Positions 63,046 to 64,000 of a stretch of 64,000 nt of DNA are shown in pieces. The notes beneath the pieces are model-generated. The model did not search any database and was not told the DNA's origin. It saw only the letters and a list, made by a program, of their open reading frames with translations. Made by a program: the position numbers and the translations under genes. Numbering within the stretch: the first letter of the stretch is position 1; every line of letters begins with the position of its first letter. The DNA lies in the NCBI RefSeq assembly GCF_006345805.1, contig NC_043011.1, positions 32,314,464 through 32,378,463 of the forward strand, written 5' to 3'. This stretch comes from Octopus sinensis (Eukaryota).

Positions 63046-64000
63046 TTATAATGGAGAAAGCTGCTTATATGTTAGTCATGTAACAATTACTAAAAGTACT
63101 AAACGAAAGCAATTATTAAAGGGTCGATCGTCTAGAAATATTTTTATAAATTCATGTCGTAAGAAATTTCCTATAAGTTCGATTTCTCAAGTTTCTTGAA
63201 TTTTTTAATCTCCAATTTCTTGCAAATTTAAATATTGATTGCATTCACTGCATCCTATTCACAAATTTAAATATTGATTGAATTCACTGCAGAGTATTAC
63301 GTTCTCATTTGCAAAGTCTCTGACTTTCTCTTTTAAGTTTTCATTCACTTTTTGGAAAACCGACAGTTTATTCTATTAATGTATACATAATGTATTATTT
63401 ATTATTCTACTAATGTGTACGTAATTTATTATTTATTGAATGAAAATTTTAAAAATACCGGTATAATTTTTGAATGCGGGATAGCTGTGAGAAGAGCCTA
63501 GAAAGTTGGGTAATTACTATTAGAAGACAAGGGGAAAAGAAAAGGTTACTGACAAGTACTCGAACTTGCACCTTATTCACAGTTTACAAACACTCTGTAC
63601 CACTAAGCCAATATATACACAAACAAGTTGCACGAATGACTTCAACATTGACACACCTGTGCACACACATAGATACATATACACACAAATGAAAGGCAAT
63701 GAATGTGTGTCTGTGTTTGCTGTTCACTGACAAAACTTTGTGCTGTGTTACTTTTGTGAAGTTTTGTCAGTGAACAGGTCGCAGTTTCAAAGCGAAGAAA
63801 ATATTTTGACACAAATGAAATTTTAATGCTGAAGTGAAACTTGTACTACTTAAATACAGAGGTCCCTTAATGGTACTACTTCAATACAGGTGTTACTTAC
63901 AAAACATTTTAAATGTGTGCTGTGTGGACGTATAATGATACCTTAACACTAACCAACCTTAATACTAACCCTAACCTTACCCCTTAAAACTAACCCTTCC

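Noticed and set aside
63940-64000. CCCTAA-like sequence suggesting a telomere
   Set aside because: It is degenerate and short, as is typical of cctaac repeats inside DNA elements.

Overview
This is AT-rich, repeat-dense eukaryotic genomic DNA, most likely an octopus (coleoid cephalopod); that is inferred from the tRNA-derived SINE families, RTE LINE tails and abundant microsatellites. Reading splice sites by hand gives four intron-split genes arranged as two head-to-head pairs. The first pair is a complete METTL25/METTL25B(RRNAD1)-family methyltransferase (- strand, 10 coding exons, ~469 aa) and EXOSC3/Rrp40 (+ strand, 4 exons, 254 aa). The second pair is ISCA1 (- strand, 4 exons, 131 aa) and a PET100-like complex IV assembly microprotein (+ strand, two exons found, absent from the ORF track). 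The rest is mostly mobile DNA: a frameshifted RTE LINE with a PHD finger inside its RT and a modular hairpin-repeat 3' UTR; CR1, CRE-like, R4/Dong-like, Tx1/L1-ORF1 and mariner remnants; MITEs; a 5S pseudogene; and many SINEs. The most notable observations are several minimal hammerhead-ribozyme-like motifs with covarying stems, an RTE insertion with a twin-priming-type 5' inversion, the hidden PET100 gene, and an open in-frame 102-nt intron. Repeat boundaries are approximate and no database searches were run.
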